A stretch of DNA of 64,000 bases from positions 6,938 to 70,937 of the forward strand of contig NW_025215226.1 in the NCBI RefSeq assembly GCF_004010195.1, written 5' to 3'. Positions 48,501-61,043 of this stretch are shown piece by piece. The translations under genes and the position numbers were made by a program. The notes under the pieces were generated by a model. It was not told where the DNA came from. It did no database searches and was given only the letters and a program-made list of their open reading frames with translations. Source of the stretch: Chiloscyllium plagiosum (Eukaryota). Each line of letters begins with the position of its first letter. Position 1 is the first letter of the stretch.

Positions 48501-51500
48501 CACGAGAGAGAGAATGCATGTGTGAGAGAGATAATGTGTGTGTGAATGAGACAGAGAATGCGTGTGTGTATGAGAGAGAGAATGCATGCGAGCATGAGAG
48601 AGAGAATGTTTGTGTGTGTGAGAGAGAGATAATGAGTGTGTGTGAGAGACAGAATGCGTCAGTGCGAGAGAGAACATGTGTGTGCAAGAGAGAGAATGCG
48701 TGTGCATGAGAGAGAATGCATGAATGCAAGAGACAGAACGTGTGTGAGAGAGGCGAATGTGTGTGAGCATGAGAGAGAGAATGCGTGTGTGCGTGAGAGA
48801 GAGAATGCATGTGTGAGAGAGATAATGTGTGTGTACATGAGAGAGATTGTGTGTGCGTGAGAGGGAGAATGCGTGTGTGAGAGAGATAATGTGTGTGTGC
48901 ATGAGAGGGAGAATGTGTGTGTGAGAGAAATAATGCGTGTGTGAGTGAGGAAAGTGCGTGTGTGCATGAGCGAGAGAATGCGTGTGTGCGTGAGGCAGAG
49001 AATGCATGTGAGCATGAGAGAGAGAATGCATGTGTGTGGGTGAGAGAATCAATGTGTGCAAGATCGAGAATGTGTGTGTGAGTGAGAGAGGAAATGCGTG
49101 TGTGCGTGAGAGAGAGAATCAGTGTCTGCATGAGAGAGAGAATGTGTGTGTGCGGGAGAGACAATGTGTGTAGGAAAGAGAGAGAGAATAAGTGTGTGCG
49201 TGAGAAAAGAAATGCGTGTGTGCGTGAGAGAGGGAATGTGTGCATAAAAGAGAGAATGGGTGTGCATGTGCGAGAGAGAGAAAATGCGTGAGACGCAGAG
49301 TGAGTGTGAGAGAGGGAGAGAATGCATGTGTGCGTGAGAGAGAATGAGTGGGTGCTTGAGAGAGAGAATGCGTGAGAATGAGAGAGAATGCGTGTGTGAG
49401 AGAGAGACTGTGCGTGTGTGAGAGAGAGAGAATGTGTGTGTGCATAAGAGGGAGAATGCCTGTGTGCGAGAGAGAGAATGCATGTGCGTGAGGGCGAGAA
49501 TGCGTGTGTGCATGAGAGAGGGAATGCATGTGTGCGTGAGAGAGAGAATGCATGTGTGCATGAGAGAGAGAATGTGAGTGTGCGGGAGAGAGAATGTGTG
49601 CATGAGAGAGAGAGTAAGTGTGTGCGTGAGAGAACGAATGCGTGTGTGCATGAGAGGGGGAATGTGTGTGTAGGAGAGAGAATGGGTGCGCATGTGCGAG
49701 AGAGAGAACATGCGTGAGACACAGAGTGAGTGTGAGAGAGAGAATGCTTGAGAGAGGGAGAGAATTCAAGTGTGCGTGAGAGAGAGAATGAGTGGGGCTT
49801 CAGAGAGAAAAAAGCGTGAGAATGAGAGAGAATGCGTGTGTGAGAGAGAGAATGCGTAAGAATAAGAGAGAATGCGTGTGTGTGTGAGGGAGAGAATGCG
49901 TGTGTGCATGTGAGAGAGAATGTATGCGTGCGTGAGAGAGAGAATTTATGTATGCAGGAGAGAGAGAATGTGTGTGTGTCGGATAGAGAATGTGTGCATG
50001 AGAGAGAGAATAAGTGTGTGCGTTGGTGAAAGAATGCGTGTATGCGTGAGAGAGGGAATGTGTGTGTCAGAGAGAGAATGGGTGCGCGTGTGCGAGAGAG
50101 AGATTTTACGTGAGACACAGAGTGCATGTGAGAGAGAGAGAATGTGTGTGTGAGAGAGAATGCGTTTGTGCGTCAGAGAGAGAATGAGTGGTTGCTGAGA
50201 GAGAGAATGCATGAGAATGAGAGAGAATGCGTCTGAGAGAGAGAGAGAGACTGTGCGTGTGCATGAGAGAGAATGTGTGCATGAGAGAGATAATGCGTGT
50301 GTGAGTGAGAGAGAATGTGTGTGTGCATGAGAGAGAGAATGCGTGTGTGCGTGAGGGAGAGAATGTGTGTGCATGAGAGAGAGAATGCATGTGTGCGGGT
50401 GAGAGAATACATGTGTGCGAGATCGAGAATGTGCGTGTGCGTGAGAGAGGGAATGCGTGTGTGCGTGAGAGAGAGAATGCCTGTGTACATGAGGGAGAGA
50501 ATGCGTTTGTGCGTGAGAGAGAATGAGTGTGTGCATGAGAGAAGGAATGGCTGTGTGCGTGAGAGAGGGAATGTGTGTGTTCGAGAGAGAATGGGTACGC
50601 ATATACGAGAGAAAGAGAATATGTGAGAGTCAGAATACGTGTGTGAGAGAGACAATGTGTGTGTGCTTGAGAGAGAGAATGCGTGTGAGCATGAGAGAGA
50701 GAATGTGTAAATGCGAGAGAGAGAGCACATGTGTAAGAGAGAGACTGCGTATGTTCATCAGAGAGAGAATATGTGAATGCGACTGAGATGATGCATGTGT
50801 GCATGAGAGAGATAATGCGTGTGTGTGAGAGGGAGAGAATGAATGTGTGAGAGAGATAATGCCTGTGTGCACGAGTGGGAGAAAGCGTGTGCGTGAGAGA
50901 GAGAGAGAGAGAATGAGTTTGTGTGAGGGAGAGAATGCGTGTGAGAGAGCGAATGCGTGAGTGGGAGAGACAGAGAATGCATGTGTAAATGAGAGAGAGA
51001 ATGTGTGCGTGCGTGAGAGAGGGAATGCGTGTGAGAGAGAGAATACGTGCACGCGAGGGAGAGAGAATGCATATGGGAGAGAGAGAGAGAATGCGTGTGA
51101 GAGAGAGTGAGAATGTGTGTGTGAGAGAGAGTGAATTCATGTGTGCGAGAGAGAGAATGCGTGTGAGAGAGAGACAATCTGTGAGTGCCAGAGAGAGGGA
51201 GAATGCGTGTGTGTGAGAGAGAAAAAGTGTGTGAGAGAGAGGATGCATGTGTGCGAGAGAGGGAATGCGTGTGCGCGTGAGAGAGAGAATGAGTGTGTAC
51301 GTGAGATAGAATGCACATGTCAGAGAGAAAGAGTGCGTGTGTGCGTGAGAGAGTGAATGCGTGTGAGAGAGAATTCGTGTGTTTGAGAGAGAATGCGTGT
51401 GTACATGAGAGAGAGAATGCTTGTGTGCGAGAGAGAGAATGTGTACGTGCGTGAGAGAGAGAATGCATGTGTGCAGGAGAGACAGAATGCGTATGTGCGT

Positions 51501-54500
51501 AAGAGAGAGAATGTGTGTGCGTAAGAGAGACAATGCGTGAGTGTGTGAGAGAGAATGCGTGTGCACATGAGAGACAATGCATGTGTGCATGAGACAGAAT
51601 AAGCGTGTGTGTGAGACAGAATGCGTGTTTGCATCAGAGAGAGCATGAGTGTGTGCATGAGAAAGAGGATGCATGTGTGCGGGCGAGAGAATGCGAGCAT
51701 GAGAGAGAGCGAGAGAATAATCGTGTGTGTGAGAGAAGGAATGTGTGTTAGGGAGAGAATGGGTGCGTATGCGCAAGAGAGAGAGAGAATGCGTGGGATA
51801 CAGAATGCGTGTGAGAGAGAGAGATGAGTGGGTGCTTGAGAGAGAATGCATGAGAATGAGGGAGAATGCGTTTGCGAGAGAAATAGTGCGTGAGTGTCTG
51901 AGAGAGAATGCGTGTGAGAGAGAAATAATGCGTGTGTGAGTGAGAGAGAATGCATGTGCGCATGAGACAGAGAATGCGTGTTTGCAAGATAGAAAATGCG
52001 TGTGTACGAGAGAGAGAATGCATGTGTCCGTGAGAGAGAGAAAGTGTGAATGCGAGAGAGAGAACATGTGTGAGAGTGAGAGAATGCGTGTGTCATGAGA
52101 GAGAGAATGTGTGAGTGCGAGTTAGAGAATGCATGTGTGCATGAAATAAAGAATGTGTGTGCGAGAGAGGGAGAATGCATGTGTGTGAGAGAGAGAGAAT
52201 GTGTGTGCGTGAGAGAGAGAACGAGTGTGAGAGAAACAATGTGTGTGTGTGCATGAGAGAGAGAATGCATGTGTGCGAGAGAGAGAGAATGCGTGTGTGC
52301 GTGAGAGAGTGAATGAGTTTGTGTGAGAGAGAAATCGTGCGTGAGAGAGGGGATGCGTGCGAGAGAGAATGCGTGAGTGCGAGAGAGAGAATGCATGTGG
52401 GCGAGAGAGAGAGAATGCGTGTGAAAGAGAGAGATTGCATGTGTGCATGACAGAGAGAATGGATGTGAGAAAGAGAGAATGCGTGTGAGAAAGAGAGAAT
52501 ACCTGTGCATGAGAGAGAGAATGTCTGTACGAGAGAAAGAATGGGTGCGAGAGAGGGAGAATGCGTGCATGCATGAGAGAGAATGCATGCGAGAGAGACA
52601 GAATGTGTGAGTGCGAGAGAGAGAATATACGTGTGTGTGTGAGAGAGAAAAAAGTGTGTGAGAGAGAGAATGCATGTGTGTGAGAGAGAGAATGCGTGCG
52701 TGCGCGCGAGAGAGAATGAGTATGTACGTGAGAGAGGAAGCACGTGTCTGAGATAAAGAATGTGTGTGTGTGAGAGAGACAGAATGCCTGTGAGAGAGAG
52801 AGATAATACGCACGTGAGAGAGAGGGAGAATGCATGTGTGCCTGAGAGATAGAAGGCGTGTGTGCGAGAGAGAGACAATGCGTATGTGTGTGAGAGAGAG
52901 AGTGAGTGTGTGTGTGTGAGAGAGAGAGAAAGCGTGTGTGTGTGAGAGAGAATGCATGTGTGCGTGAGACAGAGAGCGTGTGTGAGAGGGTGAATGTGTA
53001 TGAGGGAGAGAGAATACGTGTGTGCATGAGAGAGAGAATGCGGGTGTGTGTGTGAGAGAAAATGCATGTGAGAGAGAGAATGCGTGTGTGCGTGAGTGAC
53101 AGAATGCGTGTGAGACAGAGAGATAATGAGCATGTGAGAGAGAGGGAGACTGCATGTGTGCGTGAGAGAGAGAATGAGTGTGTGGCTAGAGAGAGAGAGA
53201 ATGCGTGTGAGCGTGTGAGAGAGAATGCATGTGTGAGAGAGAATGGGCGTGAGCGTGAGAGAGGGAGAATGCGTGTGTGTATGAGAGACAGAATGCGTAT
53301 GTGTGTGAGAGAGAGAATGCATGGGTGCGTGAGAAAGAATGTGTGTGTGCGTGAGAGAGAATGCATGTGTGCATGAAAGAGAGAGAATGTGTGTATGCAT
53401 GAGAGAGAATGAGTGTGTGTGAGAGAGACAATGCGTGTGAGAGAGAATGCATGAGTGCGAGAGACAGAATTCGTGTGTGCACGAGAGAGAGAATGCATGC
53501 ACATGTGAGAGACAATGCGTGCAAGAGAGAGAGAGAGAGAATGCATGTGTGTGTGAGAGAGAATGCGTGTGTGCGTGAGAGATAGAATGAATGTGTGTGA
53601 GAGAGAGAATGTGTGTGAGAAAAAGAAAACGTGTGCTCAAGAGGGAATATGCGTGTGTGCGAGAGAGAAGGCATCAGTGCATGAGAGTGAATGCGTGAGT
53701 GCATGAGAGAAAGAATGTGTGTGAGTGAGAGAGACATAATACATGTGTGCAACAGAGAGAATGCATGTGTGCAAGAGAGAGAATGCATGTGTGCATGAGG
53801 GAGAGAATGCGTGGGTGAGAGAGAATGCATGAGTGTGAGGAGAGAGAAAATGCGTGTGTGCGTGACAGAGAGAGAATGCATATGTGTGTGAGAGAGAATG
53901 GGTGTGAGAGAAAGAAGACGTGTGCTCAAGAGGGAATATGCGTGTGTGCGACAGAGAAGGCATCTGTGCATGAGAGTGAATGCGTGAGTGCGTGAGAGAA
54001 AGAATGTGTGTGAGCGAGAGAAATAATGCATGTGTGCGACAGAGAGAATGCATGTGTGCAAGAGAGAGAATGCATGTGTGCAAGAGAGAGAATGCATGTG
54101 TGCATGAGGGAGAGAATGCGTGTGTGAGAGAGAATGCATGAGTGTGAGAGAGAGAGAGAATGCGTGTGTGCGTGAGAGAGAATGCGTGTGTGTGAGAGAG
54201 AATGCGTGAGTGCGAGAGAGAGAATGTGTATGCATGAGATAGAGTGCACATGTGTGAGAGAGAGAATGCGTGTGTGTGTGAGAGAGAACGCGTGAGTGTG
54301 AGAGGGAGAATGTGTGTGTGAGAGAGAAAAAGCGTGTGTGCATGAGAGTGTGTGTTTGTGTGAGAGAGAATGAGTAAGTGAGAGAGAGAATGCGTGTGTG
54401 AGAGCGAGAGAATGCGTGTGAGAGAGAAAATGCGGGTGACAGTGAGAGAATGCGTGTTTGTGTGAGAGAGAATGCATGTGTGAGAGAGAGAATGCGTTTG

Positions 54501-56640
54501 TGAGAGAGGGAGAATGCGCGTGAGAGAGAAAGAATGCGTGTGTGCGTGAGAGAGAATGCTAGTGCGCGAGAAAGAGAGAATGCGTGCGTGTATGAAAGAG
54601 AAAATGCGCGTGTGTGTGTGAGAGAGAATGCATTTGTGAAAGAGAGAAGGCGTGTATGCGTGAGAGAGATGGCGTGTGTGGGCGAGAGAGAGAATGCATG
54701 TGAGAGAGAGAATGTGTGTGTGTGAGAGAGAGAATGCGTGTCTGTGCGAGAGAGAATGAGTGTGTGCTTGAGGGAGAATGAATGTGTGCGTTAGAGAATG
54801 CGTACGTCTGAGAGAGAATGAGTGTGTGTGAGAGAGAATGAGTGTGTGTGAGAGAGAATCAGTGTGTGTGTGAGAATGAGTGTGTGTATGAGAGAGAGAG
54901 AATGCATGTGTGTGAGAGAGAGAATGCGTATGGGTGAGAGAGAGAGAATTCATGTGTGTGTGTGAGAGAGAGAATGCATGTGTGCAAGAGAGCGAGAGCA
55001 AAAGACTGAGTGTGTGTGCGTGTAAGAGAAATAGAGTGCATGTGTGCGAGAGTGTGTGTGGGTACAAGAAAGAATGAGTGTGAGTGTGTACGAGAAAGAG
55101 AGTGAATGTGTGCGTGAGAGAGAATGTGCACATGCGAGAGAGAGAGAGAATGCATTTGTGCGTGAGAGAGAGAATGAGTGTGTGCATGAGAGAGAATGCG
55201 TGAGAAACAGAGAAAATGAGTGTGCTAGACAGAGAGAATGTGTGTGCGAGAGAGAGAGAGACAATGCGTGTGTGTGGGAGAGAATGCGTGCGTGCGAGAG
55301 AATGAATACGTGTGCGAGAGAGAATGCATGTGTCCCTGAGAGAGAGAATGCGTGTGTGCATGAGAGAGAGAATGAGTGTGTGCGTGGGAGATAGAATGCA
55401 TGAGAGAGAGAATGCGTGTGTGAGAGAGAATGCGTGTTTGAGAGTGAGAGCGAATGAGTGTGTGCGTGAGTGAGAGAATGAGTATGTGAGAGAGGGAGAA
55501 TGCCTGTGTGCAAAACACAAAGTGCGTGCATAAAATAGTGTGCACGCATGAGAGAGAAAATGTGCACATCTGAGTGAGAAAGAGAATGAGCATGTGAGAC
55601 ATATGATGTGCGCATGCATGAGAGTGTGTGCGCGAGAAAGATAGTGTGAGAGTGAGAGAGCGGAAGTGTGTGTGTGTGTGTGAAAGAGTGAGTGCATGCG
55701 AGTGTGTGTGAGCGTGTGTGTACAATTGAACGAGAGTGAGTGCCCAGGTTAGAGAGAGTGCATGTGTGAGAAAAAGAGTGTCTGCGTGTGGAAGAGTGTG
55801 CACATGTGCATGGAAAAATGTGTGTGTGTGCAAGAGAAAGCGTGTGCACATGTGAGAAAGAATGTGAGAGCATGTGTATGTGTGACCGAGAGAGATAGAG
55901 AGTTCATTCATGTGACAGAGTGCGTGTGCGTGCGAGAGAGTGTCTGCATGTGAGATGAGGAATTTGTGTCCACAATTTCTGGGTGAGTGTGCCTGAGAGA
56001 GAGAGAGAGAGAGAGAAAGACAAATAGAGAGAGATTGTGTGCGCGAGAGAGAAAGAGTGTTCAAGAGAGGAGGGGAAGACAGCATGAGCCTGTGTGAGAG
56101 AAATACCGATTGTGCGTGTGAGAAAAATCTGTTTTTGTGTGACAGGATAGTGGGTTAGAGTGTGTGAAAGAGACATTGCAAGTGTGTGTGAGAGAGACAG
56201 AGTTTTGGGGAGTGAGAGTGTGAGTGTGTGAAATTGAGAATATATGAGATTGTGAATGGGAGTCTGTGGGTGTGCGTGTGTCAGAAATTGTGTATGAGTG
56301 TGTGCGTGTGAGAGAGTAAGTGGAAGCGAGAGTGTATGTGAGAGGGAGTGTAGAGAGAGAGAGGAGAGTGAGTGAAAGTGTGTGTATGTGAGTGAAACAG
56401 AGTCTGTGTGTGCATGTTTGTGTGAGTGTGAGAGAAAGATTGTGATAGTGCGTGTGAAAATGATTGAGTGTGCATTTGTGAGTGACTGTGTGTGTAAGTG
56501 TGTGCATGTCAGGGTGGATGTCTGCAAGTGTGTGAAAGGGCATGTGTGTGACGGACTAAATATGTTGGGTGAGGACTGTGTGTGTACACGTGTGAGAGAG
56601 TGAGTGAATGAGAGTGAGGGACAGTGTATGATTCGTGTGT
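21592..56640. repeat. ~35-kb compound microsatellite-derived satellite, core (GA)n-ATGCG-(TG)n with ~18-24 bp units and higher-order blocks
   Basis: Continuous GAGAGAGAATGCGTGTGT and variants (AATGCATG, AATGTGTG, GATAATG). C is nearly restricted to TGC/ACG contexts on the + strand. Both ends are more degenerate. Confidence 0.99.
22886..23116 (+). repeat. Third, partial copy of the segmental duplication embedded in the satellite
   Basis: Near-identical to 20913-21142 (TGAAACGTGGAGATATGGAACAG...AGGAATGAGGGACAGA). Confidence 0.95.
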
Positions 56641-56734
56641 CATTACTGGGATAAGGACAGCAAAAAGTGGTTTATACACAGTTACATTATGGAGGGACAA
56701 CATTGACACGGAAACTGGGCACTAAGATGGAAAC

Positions 56735-56885
56735 ACACGCACACACACACACACACAGCGGCATGGTCTCACTTTCTCTCACACACACACATGATCTCTC
56801 TCTCCCACACAGAGGGATTGTCTCACTCTCTCACAAACACAAACACACGGTCTCACTCTCTCACACACACACAGGCATGGTCTCA

Positions 56886-56917
<32 letters not shown>

Positions 56918-57610
56918 GGCATGGTCTCTCACACACAGAAAGGCATGGTCTCACTCACACACACACACTGAGGCATAGTCTCACTCACACACAGAGGCAT
57001 GGACTCACTCTCACACACACAGATGGAGGGCATCACTGTCTCTCACACATACACACAGGCATGGTCTCACTCACACACAAACACAGGCATGGTCTCACTC
57101 TCACTCACACACACACAAAGGCATGGTTTCACTCTCTCCCTTACACACACACAGAGGCATGGTCTCGCTCTCTCTCTCACATACACAGAGGCACTGTCTC
57201 ACTCTCACATACACGCATTGTCTCACTCTCTCTCACACACACAGAGGCATCGTCTCACTCTCTCTCTCACATACACAGAGGCACGGTCTCACTCATTCTC
57301 TCCCACACAGAAAGGCATGGTCTCACTGACTCGCTCACACACAGGGGCATGGTCTCACTATCTCTCTCACACACACAACGGCATGGTCTCACCATCTCAC
57401 AAACACACAGAGAGACATGGTCTCACTATCTCTCTCTCACACACACACACAGACATGGTCTCACTATGTCGCACACACAGAGAGTCATTTCTCACTATCT
57501 CACACACACAGAGGCATGGTCTCACTATGTCACACACACACAGAGGCATTTCTCACTATCTCACACACACAGAGGCATGGTCTCACTATCTCACACACTG
57601 AGACATTTCT
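56735..57610. repeat. CA/CT-rich minisatellite, AGGCATGGTCTCACTCTC(TC)n(AC)n, ~28-40 bp units
   Basis: GGCATGGTCTCAC and variants recur about 20 times or more. Strand polarity is opposite to the large satellite. Confidence 0.95.
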
Positions 57611-57684
57611 GTGATGATACTTGAGCTCAGACCGTCACTGACTCTCGCCCAGACGAAACCTGATACCAGTGCCTATGTTGCGTG

Positions 57685-57900
57685 TTGGGGTGTGTCTGTG
57701 TGGGTGTCGGTGTGTGTGTGTGTGTCGGTATATGTGTGTGTGTTTCGTTGTGTGTACATGTCGGTGTGTGTGTGTGTGTGTGTCGGTGTGTGTGCATGTA
57801 TGTATGTGTGCGTGTGTGTCTGTGTGTGTGCATATGTGTCTCTGTGTCTGTCTCTGTGTGCGTGTCTCTGTTTGTGTGTCTCTGTGTGTGTCTGTGTGGG
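57685..57900. repeat. Imperfect (TG)n microsatellite
   Basis: Direct reading. Confidence 0.92.
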
Positions 57901-58061
57901 GGGGGTGAAGGCAGGGGAGCAGAGAGGGTGAAATGTGGGTGTTGAGGGGCAGGCACGTGATTTATGATTTAAATTCCCAAACTCTGCCAATATTTTTGAG
58001 AAAGGGAAAGGAAATAAAGGACTGAAAATCAAGATAGAAATGGCTGGATGTAGAGCAGGGT

Positions 58062-58472
58062 AGGGAGAGACAGACAGAGACAAGCAGACAGAGAGAGACA
58101 CACACAATACACGGACAGAAAGAGGGAGTCAGAGAGAGACAGAGACAGAGACACCGAAGAGACAGACACAGGGACAGAGAAAGAAGACAGAGAGTTAGAC
58201 AGAGTGGGGCACACAGGGACAGAGAGAAAGAGAGAGAGACGCACACACACAGGGACAGAGAGACAGAGACAGAGAGAGAGAGACAGAGGTAGAGACAGAG
58301 AGAGACAGAGAATGGGACACACAGGGACAGAGAGAAGCGAGGGATAAACAGAGAGAGAGACACACACACATAGGAACAGAGAGAAAGAGACAGAGAGAGA
58401 CAGAGACAGAGAGAAAGAGAGTGACAGAGAGAGAGACACACAGAGACAGACCGACAGGGACAGAGACAGAGA
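58062..58472. repeat. (GA)n/(GAGACA)n low-complexity tract
   Basis: Direct reading. Confidence 0.92.
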
Positions 58473-58549
58473 TTAATTATGGGAATCACACATACAGCAG
58501 GAAAATCCCAAGAAAACCTCAGCAAATATCTCCCTCTCCATTCCCAGCC

Positions 58550-59004
58550 GTGTGTGTGTGTGTGTGTCAGGAAGCCTACCTACAGTCAGGCTCTGAAACG
58601 CTAGCGTGGGAGTAATCTTTAATATTTTCAAACTTCACTGACACATCTAACAAGGCTTCAATAAAAAAGAGAGTTGTAGCAACTGGGAAATATGACACTT
58701 TTCTGCCCCAGAATTAACATCTCAATGGGCAGCAAGATCATACAAGGCTCCTGTCCTGGGAATTAACATGTCAATCATGTGTGTGTGTGTGTCTCAGGAA
58801 GCCTACCTACAGTCAGGCTCTGAAACGCTAGTGTGGGAGTAATCTTTAATATTTTCAAACTGCACTGACACAAATAATAAGGCTTCAATAAAAAAGAGAG
58901 TTGTAGCAACTGGGAAATATGACACTTTTTTGCCCCAGAATTAACATCTCAATGGGCAGCAAGATCCTACAAGGCTCCTGTCCTGGGAATTAACATGTCA
59001 ATCA
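58550..59004 (+). repeat. Recent 227-bp direct tandem duplication, each copy preceded by (TG)n
   Basis: CAGGAAGCCTACCTACAG at 58568 and 58795. Both copies end in AATTAACATGTCAATCA (58777, 59004). Confidence 0.96.
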
Positions 59005-59169
59005 GACAGAGCCCTCCCCAGACGATGCAACGTGTCAGAGGGGGCAGGGGTAGGGTCCACTCACCCATCACCCAGAATAAATGTGCGCAAGGAATTGGTC
59101 AACTACATTCTGAAACCCTGTTCTCTCTCTGTATGGAGGGTGAGCAGCCCTCCCTGTCTGGTTGTGACT

Positions 59170-60975
59170 GTGCGTGTGTGTGTGTTTAAGAATGTTTCTC
59201 GCCTCTGGTTAATTGCTTTCTTATGACTTGTTTGTACTTTGATGTTGCTGTAATGTTATGAAATGCATTGAGGATGGGGGAAGAGAGTAGTGGGATTGTG
59301 TTTAAACTGGGATCGTGCTGTGTAATTTTTCATCACACTGCTCTCGCTCTCCCGACCCCCCACCAACTCATCGCTTCTCTCTTTTATCCTGAGGAACTTT
59401 TGTTTGGAAAGCAGGAAAGTGAAGATCCAAAATGCCTGGGGGTCAGGACAACAACAGCCTCCAGAGGGGGAGCACAGGCCTGAGGCCTGTTGGCCAGGCT
59501 GCAGCCCATGGGGCGCAGGTGAGTGGGTGTCTGTTTATTCCCCCGAGGTTTCGTCTCCTCTGTGGGTGGGGGTTGGATGTGGGAGCCTCGTTTTTCGGGT
59601 CCTCTGGTTAACTGGGTCCTGTCAGATCATGGCCTTGTCGGTTTTAAAATGGGTTTGAAGCCTGGGGTTAATGTAACCTGAGCATTGTTGACACAAACAG
59701 GTTAAACCCCCAGGATCTGGGAGACGGGACTCCCTCGGGAGGAAAATCTAACCCAAAATATCTGACCCTCTGGAAAGAATCGTCACACTATCAGAGGAAA
59801 GTGGGTGCTAAATAGGGCAGGATGATCGAATTTGACATGGAGAGAAAGAAGGCGAGAGAAAGAAATGAAACATGGTGAGAGCAAGAGAAACAGGAGAGAG
59901 AGGGGGGGCCGTGTGAGATTCTGAAATAGCTGCAATGTTTGACTCTGGGGTGACAGGAAATAATTAAACTGGAAATAAAAATGATCAGATTATTGAGCTT
60001 CTGCAGCACTGTCACTTTTGGGATCTTCCTGTGCGTCAATTACCGTAATACCATCGTTGCAGGCAGTGAGTGGTTATGTTTGGATGTTGCTGAGAAATTG
60101 TCTTGTCTCACTGAGAGGGGAAAGGCTGGGATCTTGCTGTGCTATCTCCCTGTGAAACATTTTCCTGCTCAGCCTTCCCACTAATGCTGCCTCTTTCCTC
60201 CCAAAGGGATCTTCCGAGCCACTTGAGGATTTGAAAAGTGTGTGTTTGGGAGCAGGAAACCTTCAAACAAGAGCTTCGTCCAGAGGGGGAATGCAGCCTG
60301 AGACCTGTTTGACAGGCTGCAGCCTGTTGGACCCAGGTGAGTTTTGTCTTTGTATTACCCAGAGGTTTAATCTCCTCTCTCTGGGGAGGGGGCTGACTTT
60401 CACCGGGACCTCTGGTTAACCGGGTCCTGTCGGATTGCGGCCTTGTCGTTTTTGAACAGGTTTGAAGCCTGGGGCTAAGGAAACTGCAGCCTTGGGATTT
60501 GACACAAATACGTCAGCCCTTAACCAGCATCACCCACGATGTGTGTGTGGTTAGATTGCTGCTTGTAGGATCTTGCTGTGCGTGCCTGTTTATTAATGTT
60601 TCTAGCCTCTGGTCAACTGTGTATTTCAATGTCGCTGTGATGGTCAGCAATTCATTAATTCTGCAATAATTAAACTGAACCAGTGTCACTGGGTCACGTA
60701 GGAGATTGGGGAAGGCAGAGAGTTGTGGACTCTTGCTGTGCTTTTGGTGCCACTGTTGTATTTCATTTTAAATTGATTTGTTTTTATTTCTCAGTGTGTT
60801 TCCCCATCCGCCGCTCCCTCTAACCCTGGGGGTGAGGAGGAGATTGGATCCAGGAGCTGAAACTCGGGATGATGCAGAGACAGAGAGAATTAAATCATTT
60901 CTGCCGCGAGGAATCGTCAGACACAGAGAGAGAGAATAATCAGAAACTGCCCTATCTCCTTGTCGTTCGTTTACA

Positions 60976-61043
<68 letters not shown>

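Noticed and set aside
21369..57945. Very long ORFs (up to 1716 aa) rich in H/T/S/L/R/C
   Set aside because: Translations of CA/CT satellite sequence that rarely contains stop triplets. They overlap in several frames and have no domain structure.
59456..59476. CTCF-like CCTCCAGAGGGGGAGC (homologue at ~60278)
   Set aside because: Mismatches at key consensus positions; too weak to call.
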